Source: Octopus sinensis (taxonomy: Eukaryota). Taken from it: 64,000 nt of DNA. This document shows, in pieces, positions 12,223-24,643 of the stretch. Location of the stretch: assembly GCF_006345805.1 (NCBI RefSeq), contig NC_043019.1, forward strand, positions 21,699,360-21,763,359. Direction: 5' to 3'. A program made the translations under genes and the position numbers. How positions within the stretch are numbered: the stretch's first letter is position 1; every line of letters starts with the position of its first letter. Below the pieces are notes generated by a model that worked only from the letters and a program-made list of their open reading frames with translations, was not told the origin of the DNA and ran no database searches.

Positions 12223-12345
12223 GTCTGTGCTGGTAGGTTTCTCTCTCTCTCTTCCTATATATATATATGTGTGTATGTGTGTGCATGCACACGCATGCAT
12301 GTAATATATATACACACACATACACTCATACAGTCTGTGCTGGTA

Positions 12346-12420
<75 letters not shown>

Positions 12421-12515
12421 GTGTGTGTGTGTGTGTGTGCATGCGTACGCATGCATGTAATATATATACACACACATACACTCTGTGCTGGTAGGTTTCT
12501 CTATCTCTCTCTCTG

Positions 12516-12546
<31 letters not shown>

Positions 12547-12606
12547 ATGTATGTGTGTGTGCATGCGCACGCATGCATGTAATATATATACACACACATA
12601 CACTCA
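12223..12606. repeat. Triplicated compound-microsatellite unit
   Basis: Three units tctgtgctggtaggttt-(CT)n-(AT)n-(GT)n-gcatgc..gcatgcatgtaatatatatacacacacatacactc starting at about 12223, 12333 and 12482. Confidence 0.85.
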
Positions 12607-12622
12607 TGTATCTCAGTGTGTA

Positions 12623-12686
<64 letters not shown>

Positions 12687-14269
12687 GTTATATATTTGTA
12701 GTAAGGTGAAAAGCTATGTTCATTTTTATGGTCCTCGAGCTAATTTATTTTATTTTCAACTCTTTCCTCTGAACCAAGCCTCAACACAAGTTTCAATCAT
12801 TCTGCCCCACCACACCCTCCACTCTATTTCATGCCACTGTTCATTGTTTATTGTATTGTGGTTCTTCTTTCCAATATACTTTATATAAACATTCACTGAC
12901 AGTTTCATTTGATATTTATGTTATGTTTCTTTTAACCAAAAACACCACCTGAGACCTCATCTTCCAAAGGGTGAAAAGTATTATATAAAAAACTTTTTTT
13001 TTTTCATAAAAGCTAAAGAAAAACAATGCTCTCATCACCATCACCAAATTTTTTTACATGAATTTTTGTTTTTTTCTAACTGCAATACCTGTTTTTTTCT
13101 TGTTTTCTTAATGTTGTATTTCCTTTTTCTTCAATTCTCAACATCCACTAACTTTACCAAACTATCTTATCTATCATGATTCATGTTTTTTTTAAAGAAT
13201 TACCTTTGAATCTATGTCACTGACAATGTATTTGTTAACTAAAAATCAGCAAAATTAATATATAAATAATCAAATTACTCATGAAGTGCAACTGTAATTA
13301 TTATTGATGTGGTTGCCAAAATATCTGAAGAGAAATGGTCATTCATGAAGATTTGTTTCAAAACCCAAGGGTAAGAAAAAGGCTTCTCTCTCAAACATTC
13401 ATGGCCAGACAAGAGGCAAAATAGTAACAGCTTGGGGGTTTGTGGAAACATGAAGCAAGGAATAAAGGGTTTAGCTTGGACAATGGGCACACAGGAATAG
13501 CAGTTGAATCCCACTGCTCAGCACAAAGGGCCAGTGTCTTCTACCATAATAATAGTGGATCAACCAAAAACCTTGTATGGAAGTCTGACAAACTACCATT
13601 TCTAATAATGACATATACCCAAGTATTACTGTCTTTTTCTTTCACCTTGTGAGGATGGAAGGAGAGCAGCGACTATGATCCATTTTAGTGCAACCATTCT
13701 ATCAATTCTAGTGGTAGACAATCTCAAAAGGGAGGCCCTTTCCACATGTTTGCAAAAGAGTGGGGACTGTGCTAAAGGTACCCTAAGACTAGGGTAGTGG
13801 TATAAGACAAAGCAACAAATTAAGCCAACCACTCAACAAGGGCACAGTAGAATTAGAACTCAGAAGACAATGAGCCAGAACAAATACTGCAAAGCATCCC
13901 TCAAAATCCCAAACAATTCTGCCAGGCCATTGTCTTAGACAGGTATTTTGTCAACCCCCAGATGGATGAAAATCAAAGCAGACCTTGGTGGACACTGAAC
14001 TCTAAAAGAAAGAAGCTAGAATAAATACCACAAGTCATTTTGTACTGTTACATGTACTTGGACCAAGTCTTTAGTCCAAGGTGAACTTCATCACAAAAGT
14101 CTTGATAACCTAAGAAAAGCTCACAGATTCTGTGCTTTACCTTCCAGCTGTGTTAACACTGAAAAACTTCACAGCTAAAAGCACTGATTTCTATCTTTGG
14201 TACAAAGACACACATATGAGAGGAGGTAAATAAGAGATGATGAAATCAACCCAGTATCTGCCTGCTATT

Positions 14270-14560
14270 TCTTTAGCATCAACTTGGCATGTTCAGCTCC
14301 CAGCCTGGGCTTCACTGTTCTTCAGGTAGAGAAAAGCAAACTGTCATGGTATTGGTCAGTCTCTGACAGGTTTATGGTTGAGCCTGTGGCAGTGGAAACT
14401 CATAGGGCTTCCACTTATCCCTGCTCACCACCACTATCAGGGCAGAGATGGCTATCTGCAAGTATGTTCCTCATGAGTCAGAAGAGCTGTTCCAGTGCAT
14501 CTCCCTCACCATCCTCCAGGACAATGCCTTTTCCATTTTGTCTGTTGGGACCATGAGGCA
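14270..14560 (+). pseudogene. CRE-like RLE non-LTR retrotransposon C-terminal remnant
   Basis: EKSKLSWY..VSDRFMVEPVAVET, then in another frame PHESEELFQCISLTILQDNAFSILS, matching the KY..L...F.PVAVET.G...FQRISIAIQRGNA..IL end of CRE-clade ORFs. Confidence 0.65.
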
Positions 14561-17519
14561 GTCTGAATTACAGAAAATTGCACGTTCCACTCCTTAATGT
14601 AAAATTACTCCATATAAATTGCTCTGATAAATTCTAATGATCAACTTATTCTAAAACAGTTTGTCAACTCCAGAAAGAATATAAACGAAGTCAATCTTGG
14701 CATGATTTAAAACCAATGCCAAGAAATCCAACTAAATACTGCAAGATATTATTTTCTCCTTTTTCCTCAACAGTCGACTGATTCTACCAACCAATCTATC
14801 ATTCTGCCAATTCTGAATCACAGACTGGATTATAAAAAGTGATAACTAGGCTAATTATATATTAATGGGTGATTTTGGAATCATTTTTGTGTTTTGATTC
14901 ATTATTCTATTATATATGCATGGCATATTCTATAAGTTGTGAGAAATTCTGGCATCGGTAGGTAGTGAAGAGATGCTATTTTTTATCTTGTACTAGCTAT
15001 GGTCATTAAGACTATAGTCAAACTGGAGCACCACCTTCAAATCAATACAAACACTTGCAGGTATTTATTCTATTTTTACCAGACCACTAAGTCATGGGGA
15101 TATAAACAAACCTACACCATTTGTGAAGTGGAAGTGTGGGGGCAAACACAAAGACACAAAAAGTCATACGCACACATATGCACACACACATACAAAGGGT
15201 ATCTTTCAGTTTTCATTTACCAAATTCATTCACAAGACTTTGGTTGGTCCAAGGCTATAGTGGTAAACTGGTAGAATTGTTGCAGTATAGGACAAAATTC
15301 CTTGAGATATTTGATCTGGTTTGCTGCACTCTGTGTTCAAATCTCACTGAGGTCAATTTGCTGCTCCTCATTTCAGGGGTAATAAAATACAGTATCTGGG
15401 GAATAGTTCAGCTTCTCCAACAAAAATGTAAGGGACAAAAGCCTATGACATGTAATGTCTTCATTTTCAGTCCCAATTTAATATTTCTATTTCTTTTTTA
15501 AAATAGCAACTTAGTTTCCAATTGTATGGATTAATTCATTTTGGTGATTTGAAGGTGGTGGAGACAATCTAAAAACTTTACAACTGGTACTAATTGGCCT
15601 GAGCCAAAGAAGGAAACCTGTAAGTGGTCAGCTGACCTGTTAAAAGTAGCAATAAAATCATTTGTTGGAAGACCACACTGGAGAATGTTGGTGGTCTTAG
15701 AAAATAGGACAGGATGGTCATAATTGGAATGATTTAGGTTCAGAGTTGCTTCCACCATAACTGACTTGGGTGATGGTGGTGGGAGATGTTGATAAAATAA
15801 CAGTTACAACAACAACCACTTGAAACACGATATCTATCCACCACTCCATTCTACCAGCCTGTTTGAGAGTTGCTTTTGTGCAAAAAACAGAAATTGATGC
15901 AAAAAAATAAATAAATAATAAATAAATGAATAAAAAAAAGTTAAAATAATTTATATAAAAGAACCAATTTCTCGGTGGAATCTTTCTTGTCTGAAGGTTA
16001 TAAGAGTTTAGAGCAGTACAACTACTAACAACTCTACCATCTACCATTTGGCTGTTGTGTTTACGTCTAAACACTACTTACACTTCTCCATAGCTTTGAG
16101 ATGAATAACAAAGAAACAAACAAGAAATAATGACCGAGTATCAAACAGCTTCGGTAGGGTATTGAAATTACAGGAGACTGTTTACTATCAAATAAATTAT
16201 CTGATAGAAGAAGAAGACAACGACATTAGATTACACTGCACACTCAAAATGTTTCCCACTAGCTCTCCAGCCACTTCTGGTTTTGCCAGACTTAAAAGAA
16301 ATATATTTTGAAGGCAAAGCAGGTTATTAAATTTTACAGTCTCTCTGTCTGCCTATCAGTCTCTCTCTCTCGCTCTCTCTCTGTTTATCTCACTCACTTA
16401 TACAGACACACACAACAGCAACAAGAACAAATGAGGAAGCTATTAGATATTTTGGTAGGTGCTTAAAAGTTATACATCTAAGTCCTTCAAACGATTTTAT
16501 GCAAAGAAATTTCAAGGCATTTCACATATATGACGGTGAAACAGAAGATTAAGCGATTAAAGAACAACAACAATATCAACAACAACAACAAAAAGACCTC
16601 CAAAAACAACCGAAATGCAATTAAACGAAAACTAATATTGACATAAAAGCTAAATCATTTGATGCTGTGAAAACCTAGGAATAGATTGGTAATGTAGTAA
16701 TATAGAACAAATCTCAATAAACTGTTCAGATGTCTAACTTTACTATCGCAGAGCAATTGCAGATGTGATAGACAAACGGTTAACCTATATTGCTTCTAAG
16801 TTAAGCAGTCGTGAATTGACATTAAGCCACTGGCTCTGCACTCTATTATGTTTATTACATAACACTAGTGAAACCGCCGAGAGAAAAGCAGCTGGCTCCA
16901 GTCCAACATGTGTTGAGCTGTTATGGTTAATAAGTTTACTTCACAAGCAAATGGTTTTGGTTTTGATTCCACCGTTCAGCTGTATGTCACCTTGAGCAAA
17001 GTAGTAGTGTCTCCTAAAATGTGCTTGGGTTCAGAAAACTTTTGAGAGAAATTTAATAAATGGAAACTGTGTGGAAGCCTATTGTATGTCTCTATCATTG
17101 CTGTTACCACCACCATCATCATAATGACATCATTATGATTCTATGTTGACTTTCTATGTTGACCTGAGTTGGACAAGTCATCATGGTCCAAGTCAGTTCT
17201 TATTCAGATTAATTCCAGCCCCCAATCCTAGATGAATTGGAGAATCATACCTTGCTAGTACATTTCCCTTTTGGATTGCCTTCTACAGCTGGATGCCCTT
17301 TTTATCACAAACCATTTCACAAAGACAACTGGATGCATTTTACCATGGCACCAGTATCTGGGAGGGTGCAATGCCTCACCATCACTACTGGAGGTGCCAG
17401 ATCCAGGAAGATGTGGAACAAAGTGGTGAGAAAGAGTTCCGGGCCTCATAGAGATGGCAAGGTTTGCTATGCTTGAGAAGACACATCAAACTAAATAAAA
17501 TCATGGCTGTCCATGCACA

Positions 17520-17852
17520 CAAGCATATTCTCTAACACATAAAGCACCCAGTCACTATATAAAGTGTTTGGCATTAGAAAGGGCATCCAGCTGTAGAAAC
17601 TATGCCAAAACAGATAAATGGGGCCCAGGCAGGTCTCCAGCTGACCAACTCCTGTCAAACCAGAATGGATGATAATAATATATAGCACCCAGTACACTCT
17701 CAGAGTGGATGGCGTTAGGAAGGGCATCCAGCTGTAGAAACTCTGCCAAATCAAGATTGAAGCCTGGTGCAGCCATCTCGTTCACCAGCCCTCGGTCAAA
17801 TTGTCCAACCCATGATAGCATGGAAAGCGGACATTGAACAATGATGATGATG
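17520..17852 (+). mobile_element. SINE-C fragments (two tandem partial copies)
   Basis: agcacccagt...ggcgttaggaagggcatccagctgtagaaac occurs twice; (GAT)n tail. Confidence 0.75.
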
Positions 17853-17883
17853 ATATATATATATATAGAGAGAGAGAGATAGG

Positions 17884-17921
<38 letters not shown>

Positions 17922-18084
17922 TATGTCGATGTACACACACACATACACACGTGTGTGTATGTAATAATTTCACAACTGTATGTAAATACATATGTTGAAC
18001 ATGAGCTAGTCACTAACAGAGTCAAACAGATAGTACAGAAAGATGTTATACACCATATGACTGGGGGTAGCATCATCATCATCA

Positions 18085-18322
18085 TCATCATCAACTACAG
18101 CAAGGGCAAAGGTGATGCATTCGAAAAAAGGCAATTACAGAGGCATCAGATTGATGGACCAAGTTATGGGAGAAAGAGAAAGAGTTGTAGCTAAGTTGAT
18201 TAAGAAGAGAATTAACCTAGAGGGGATTCAGTTGAGCATTATGCCAGGAAGCAGTACCACTAATGCCATCTTCGTAGTAAGATAACAGCGGGAGAAATAC
18301 TTAGCTAGGAATAAGCTCCTAT
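18085..18322 (+). pseudogene. RTE-type LINE RT fragment
   Basis: KGKGDA..NYRGI.L.DQVM..ERV...STTNAIFVVR..REKYLA; same family as 52840-53895. Confidence 0.75.
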
Positions 18323-18517
18323 AAGTAACTACTTCAACCACTTGCATTGATGTTAGGATTTATCCTGCCAGTATACAGCTAATACATGTGAAGTTAACTG
18401 TTATCCTGCTAAAAGCCATTATCATTGCTTTCTGTAAGACAGAGTTAAGCAATGATCATGGTTTTATATTAACTTAATTTTCAATCATACATAACTTTCT
18501 ATTGTTTAGAACTACTT

Positions 18518-18731
18518 ACTCTTTTACTTGTTTCAGTCATTTGACTGCGGCCATGCTGGAGCACCGCCTTTAATCGAGCAACTCGCCCCCCCCCCCGGAC
18601 TTATTCTTTTGTAAGCCCAGTACTTATTCTATAGGTCTCTTTTGCCGAACTGTTAAGTAACGGAGACATAAACACACCAGCATCGGTTGTCAAGCAATGC
18701 TAGGAGGACAAACACACACATATATATATAT

Positions 18732-18774
<43 letters not shown>

Positions 18775-18937
18775 TACGACGGGCTTCTTTCAGTTTCCGT
18801 CTACCAAATCCACTCACAAGGCTTTGGTCGGCCCGAGGCTATAGTAGAAGATACTTGCCCAAGGTGCCACGCAGTGGGACTGAATCCGGAACCATGTGGT
18901 TGGTAAACAAGCTACTTACCACACAGCCACTCCTGCG
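18518..18937 (-). mobile_element. SINE-A, full length, young
   Basis: Near-identical reverse complement of 51231-51702; tRNA-like head gagtggctgtgtggtaag...ggattcagtccc, internal (TA)n/(TG)n, tail gactgaaacaagtaaaagag. Confidence 0.9.
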
Positions 18938-19377
18938 CCTACTTGCTTCATTTTTTTCTTCTCCACAAACAGTAGATTTCATAATAAATACTTTGTTATG
19001 GTAAAGCCACTTCCCTGCTGTTTTGCTTTTGTTGCACTGTTTCAAATTTTGGCTCAAGGCCAACAAGTCTGGGGGTGGGGAGTAAATCCAATACATCAAC
19101 CCCAGTATAAATCAACTGGGATTTATTTTTTCAACTCCAAAAGGATGAAAGCAAAGTCAAACTTGGTAGAATTTGAACTCAGAACATAAAGATGAATGAA
19201 ATACCACTAAGCATTTTGCCTGGCATGCTAATGATTCCATCAGCTTGTGCTGCCATAGTTACAGTGTAAAACTGACACATTTTAGTGGAGTATAATTTCG
19301 TTACCGTATACTATAAGAGAATATTATTACCTGCCCTCAGAACGTGATCAGGCAACTACTGAAAGTAATTTTAAAAC

Positions 19378-19379
<2 letters not shown>

Positions 19380-19413
<34 letters not shown>

Positions 19414-19419
19414 GTGTGC

Positions 19420-19508
<89 letters not shown>
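19380..19508. repeat. (TG)n(AG)n compound microsatellite
   Basis: Direct reading; a similar (TG)n(AG)n run lies at 43391-43498. Confidence 0.95.
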
Positions 19509-19510
<2 letters not shown>

Positions 19511-19699
19511 ATGCAGTTTTTTTTGTTTTTTTTTGAGAATGTCCAATTCTAGTTCTGGGGAGCTTGATGACTACAAATTGCATTCCTCAAATTACAAGGA
19601 TACAAAATCAGATGTTGAAATTTTCAGACTCATTGACTGATGAAGATCTCCAGCCTAATGTCACATCTGTGTTTGTGGTGAAATGATCTTCAGTCAGAT

Positions 19700-21010
19700 A
19701 CAGCCCTACTGTGCAGAATTTCCAGGAATTGACATCAATTTGATTTCCAATTCAGAACCAGTAGATTTCTTTTGACTTTATTTGCTGTAAACATCATTCA
19801 AGCAGTTGTAGAAAAGACAAACAGCTGTGGTAAAATCTAAGTCCAGGCACAAACAACTCAGAGAAAAATGAGCTCTGTTTGGGACCTGAAAAAATGTGTT
19901 CAGCACAAATGAGACAAGGGTGTTTTGGAATAGCTTGTCAATATGGGACTAATAGCCAATAGGCTGTGCACCAGTAGACATTTCTAATGAAGCACATGAC
20001 AGCCTCAGCCTAACTGAAAATAAATAAAGACTAACTTAAATATACACAACTGTGCATTTTCTTCTACGTTTATGTTGCATCTTTTTTTCAGATTTTTATC
20101 TACTGTGCACTGTGAATACCCTGTAAAAAGTCCAAGTTTATTACATAACATATAATCATATACACTGAAGTGCAATTTCAAGTTTGTAACAACTTTATTT
20201 CCTATCAACTTTTATTAATTTCTATTCAATTTCTATTCAATTTTTAAACATGACAGATTTATGCTACTTTTAGTAATGCAAAATATTCTGTTACCTGAAA
20301 ATGGTGCACTTGATGGATTCTCAGAAGCTGAAAACCTACTTCTTTACTACCCACAAGGGGCTAAACACAGAGGGGACAAACAAGGACAGACACACGGATT
20401 AAGTCGATTACACCAACCCCAGTGCGTAACTGGTACTTAATTTATCGACCCCGAAAGGATGAAAGGCAAAGTCAACCTCGGTGGAATTTGAACTCAGACG
20501 AAATACTGCTAAGCATTTCACCCGACTTGCTACTGATTCTGCCAGCTCGCTGAAAATCTATCAACTATCTAATCACAATGATTAATGAGGCAAGTCAAAG
20601 GTTGAATAATTATATAGCAGAGAGGAGATTTCAGGGCATGAAAGTCAAGGGAAGATATTCAGGTATTCAGTATTTGCTGAATAAGCATCCCCATAAATGT
20701 GGAGTGAAACTATGGATGTTCAATGAATCAAGTTATGCAGATAATATTATCATGTATAGAGACAGACAACCAAAAAATTTGTAGTCAATGAGGATTTCCT
20801 CCTGAGGTGAAGAAAAATAAAGATCTAGAAGTAATTATTAGTGACTCTGAAGAGTGTTTTACTAATGCTATAGAAGCTGAACATTGTTAACAGGCTGGCA
20901 AAGGGGACAATTATGAGCATGTTCCAGTCTATTAGACCTCATCAGCATGGTATAGTTTACTCAAGCCTACTTTATGAAAGATTTCTACATATAAGAAAAA
21001 AATTACAATT
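19700..21010 (+). pseudogene. piggyBac-like transposase remnant, interrupted by SINE-B
   Basis: EPVDFF*LY, NMGL, and MKVKGRYSGIQYLLNKHPHKCGVKLWMFNESSYADNIIMY (= KGR...QY.P.KP.K.G.K.W...ES.GY...Y of PGBD DDD domains); many disablements; no termini identified. Confidence 0.65.
20335..20550 (-). mobile_element. SINE-B inside the piggyBac remnant
   Basis: SINE-B sequence flanked by gctgaaaa direct repeats at 20327-20334 and 20549-20556. Confidence 0.85.
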
Positions 21011-21498
21011 GATTCAGGACCAGTATAATTTACATGATCATAAAAAAAAAAACAAAGAAAGGGAAATAACTCAAATGTATCAGTGGCATGATTTTGGAGA
21101 TGATGTACTGAATGTCATTTCCAATAAAAATTCTAATTGAAATTTCCTTTTTTACTTGAAGAAAGAACCCCCACCCACCGAAAAAATATCTAGCACCAAT
21201 TATTAGAGATTCACAAAGATGAAGAAGGAGAAGAGAAAAGCAACAAAATTGAATACTTCAAATAGCTCCAAAGATTCTCTACATTTTAACAACATCATAG
21301 CATGCAATCTAATGTAATATTTGGGGGTGGGGTGGGGTGGAGGAGGAACAGTTCATTACAGTATTATATTTAAATTATATATATACACACACATATACAT
21401 ATATACACACACACATATATATACACACATATACACATACACACACACATATATACACATATGAATATATAAACATATATATACATAAACATATATAC

Positions 21499-21542
<44 letters not shown>

Positions 21543-22277
21543 ATATATACATATATATATACATATACACATATATAAACATATATATACATATACATAC
21601 ATATATACACACATATTTACATACAAACATATATAAATATATATGTATATACACATACATATATATATATATATACACATACATATTTACATACAAACAT
21701 ATACATATACACATACACACACATATTAGAGGTTTACAGCAAAGATACTCAAACATACACTTCAATAAGCTGAATGAGGCTAGTTATTTTTTCATTTCTT
21801 TTTGCATATTGATAATCTAGGCGTGATAAGACGAAATAATAAATCAAATTCTATTTTATTTCCTCTGCTGAGTATCAATACTACCCGTACACAGGAAACT
21901 AATATCAGTCAAAGAATGGAAAGAAGCTGTTCATTTGACCCTAACCACAGTAGTTAAAATATATGAAAAATAAACTAGATTCAACAAAAGTTCATCAAGA
22001 GAATCTATTTATTAACAGTTTAATGCTCACTCTTTTTGTTTCTCATTTTTATATTGTTTTACAGCTTTCAATTATGAGGTTTTGGCCATGCTGTGGTAAC
22101 ACCATACAAGGTTTTAGTTGTTTCCTTATCCACAATAAGTTCTGTCAATCTTAGTATGTTGATCTTGTAAGGAAAAAAGGTGATGTCAACATGGGCATAT
22201 AGAGGTGGAATCAAAAGCAAAGCATTTTGGTGTTACACTCTGGTTTTGCCATCCCTGGTAGATATACTATTATGTAT

Positions 22278-22621
22278 ATGTCTAAAACCTGTGGACATAT
22301 TTACAAAGTCAGAAAACAGCACAGCTCCCATGACTTGCGGAAACATTTTTTCACACCAAGAGTTGCTGAAGCATGGAACAAACTGCCGGCATCAGTTGTT
22401 AGTTGTCGGAGCACTGCATCCTTCAAAACTTCCATGCTTCCTGAGATTCGTCAACACTACACCTAATTTTCTCCCCTCCATACACACGCAAGCATGTATC
22501 TGACTCATACACTGTCCACTTTCCAGACATTTGTACACTACTGCATATACTTTATACGCACTTTTGACAAGTTGTGGTGCACCTGAGCACTGTATACAAT
22601 AATTTCATTATTATTATTATT
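22278..22621 (+). mobile_element. CR1-clade LINE 3' fragment
   Basis: GHIYKVRKQHSSHDLRKHFFTPRVAEAWNKLPASVV, then a 3'UTR, the gtgcacctgagcac stem-loop and an (ATT)n tail. Confidence 0.85.
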
Positions 22622-22897
22622 GTGTGTGTGTGTGCATGTGCGCGCACGCATATGAATATTGTTACATTTTTATCAGCCCTAAAAGGATTGGAAGGATGAG
22701 AGGCAAAGTTATCCTCAGTGAGATTTGATGTGCACCTGAGTGTATAATGTGTGTGTGTGTGCACATGTAAGTATATGTGTGTGTAAAAGAGATAAACTTT
22801 AGTTAAATATCTGTTGATACGTGAACACCTGAACATATAGGAATGGCTAAAAAATAAACTTTAATAATGGATAATGAGAATAAAAAAAAATATGTGA

Positions 22898-22967
<70 letters not shown>

Positions 22968-23118
22968 ACACACATATATTACAAAATGAAGTTTCAAGAA
23001 CATGGAGATTAGTTCTGCTTGTATGTTATCAAAATCAGTATTGCAGAAATAAGGTAAACATTGTGTTGATCTATCCAAGGTATCATACACAGTTCGGAAA
23101 TTGATTTGTGTATGATGG

Positions 23119-23132
23119 TTGTTGTTGTTGTT

Positions 23133-23186
<54 letters not shown>

Positions 23187-23760
23187 CATTATCATCATCA
23201 TCATCATCATTATAATTATTATTATGAAAGAAAAACGTGGGTGTGGGTGGGTGGAGATGAATAAAAGAAGTGGAGGAGGTAATAGTAGAAGGAAATTACC
23301 AAAGAAACAAAAAGATAAGAAAAGGACAAATTTTTTGAAAAAAAGGATGTAAGAGGGGGAAAAAAAGAATGAGAAGGAAGAAGACAAAAAAAGAGGAGTG
23401 GAAAGAGGGAGATGAAAAAATGGATAGAAATTTTAAAAAAACAAAAAATTAGCAGAAGAAAATCCAGGTGTAGAATTTATATGGATATTGTAAATAATAA
23501 AGGAAATAAGATGATAAAGGTAAGAGAGAAGGAGAGGGGAGAGGGTAAGAGAGGGGGTTAGGATAAAAGAGGGGGAGGAGTTGGAGAGGGTCTGGAGAAG
23601 GGAAAAGAGAGAAGGGAGAGAGAAAGTGAAGACAAAGAGAGAAAGGTATAGGGGAATGGAGGGGAAAGAAAGTGGTAGAGTGAGAGGGACAGAGCAGAGG
23701 GAAAGATGGAAAAGAGATAGGAAGAGAGAGGGAGCAATGTAAAAGACAAGTAAAATTGAG
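23119..23760. repeat. Trinucleotide run (GTT/AAT/ATC) followed by a ~530-bp purine-rich low-complexity tract
   Basis: Direct reading; the tract is pyrimidine-rich on the pre-mRNA strand. Confidence 0.85.
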
Positions 23761-24098
23761 CCACTGGGAAAGCTTTTATGGGATCGCTTGGTTTGCAAGA
23801 AGTAGCAACCAAATTTCTATCAAATCATACTCTTTCATATAGAAGGACACATTGGTCAATGTAGTCCTTGGCAAATAAAAAGCTGAGATGTCTATGGCTA
23901 GAGAGCTTTTCGTTCAAAGTCTGCTTCTTCTTGATCAGGGCTGAACCTGAGGCTGAAGAGGAACAATGAAAGAGATTCAAGCCACAGCAAGGTAACTGTT
24001 CTTCACATGAATTCTTACTCTACTAGAAATAGCAGCAAAATCCCTTTTAAATCACACGCGACCATTAAAAAAAAATCAAGCTGAGTGCAAAACAGACA

Positions 24099-24401
24099 TC
24101 TTTATATATAAAACTGAAGTTGTGTGAGAGTCTGTCTCCTCCGATTTAGATTCCTAACTACTCCCACATTTTGCGGTGCAGTTTAACCAAAAGTGGGTAT
24201 CTTATAGTCATGATTCATATCGAGCCCTTCTGGGTATTAGTGCGCGTCTATGATGAGTCTACGATTTAAAAAGAATTTACCATCATTTTTTCGTTTTTTA
24301 ATGCATTTTTTGCTTGGTTTATATAAGGGAAGTAACTCTCTAAAAATGCTTATATAGTTATTTCCCTTACAAACCCGAGCAACGCTGGGTGATGCTGCTA
24401 G
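24099..24401 (+). mobile_element. Non-autonomous Helitron (303 bp)
   Basis: A|TCTTTATATATAAAA 5' end; 3' hairpin ACCCgAGC-aac-GCTGGGT followed by CTAG|T; inserted between A and T with no TSD. Confidence 0.85.
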
Positions 24402-24519
24402 TAGATATATAAAAAGAAAACAGGATGGCCATAGCTTTCTTCATAGCTCTACTCCTAATCAACCAGAATTAACCTGAATGTAAAAAACAACAATAAATGC
24501 AAACATCCAATATACATAC

Positions 24520-24643
24520 CTGGAGCACCTCCACCTGCAACGTATCCGACAATAGTAATACCCAGACCGCGGGTGTCCTTCACAAGTTGCACGTCAAACA
24601 TTTCCATCTCTGGACTTTCGTTTACATTTTCAATGGTTGGTGG
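24520..24643 (-). CDS. PATJ: PATJ/MPDZ-like exon C (start of PDZ3)
   Basis: cattcag|CCA CCA ... GCT CCA G|gtatgt; 124 nt, phase 0-1; PPTIENVNESPEMEMFDVQLVKDTRGLGITIVGYVAGGGAP. Absent from the ORF track; read by hand. Confidence 0.93.

Noticed and set aside
13280-13830. Possible nested gene or extra exon
   Set aside because: Part of it is a decayed SINE-A core (ccagtgtcttctac...ccaaaaaccttgt); no recognisable protein or consistent splice pair.
19331-19358. 28-nt micro-exon candidate (tttcag|TAGTTG...GGGCAG|gtaata) in intron C-D
   Set aside because: Not a multiple of three, contains an in-frame stop, and such site pairs arise by chance; no other support.
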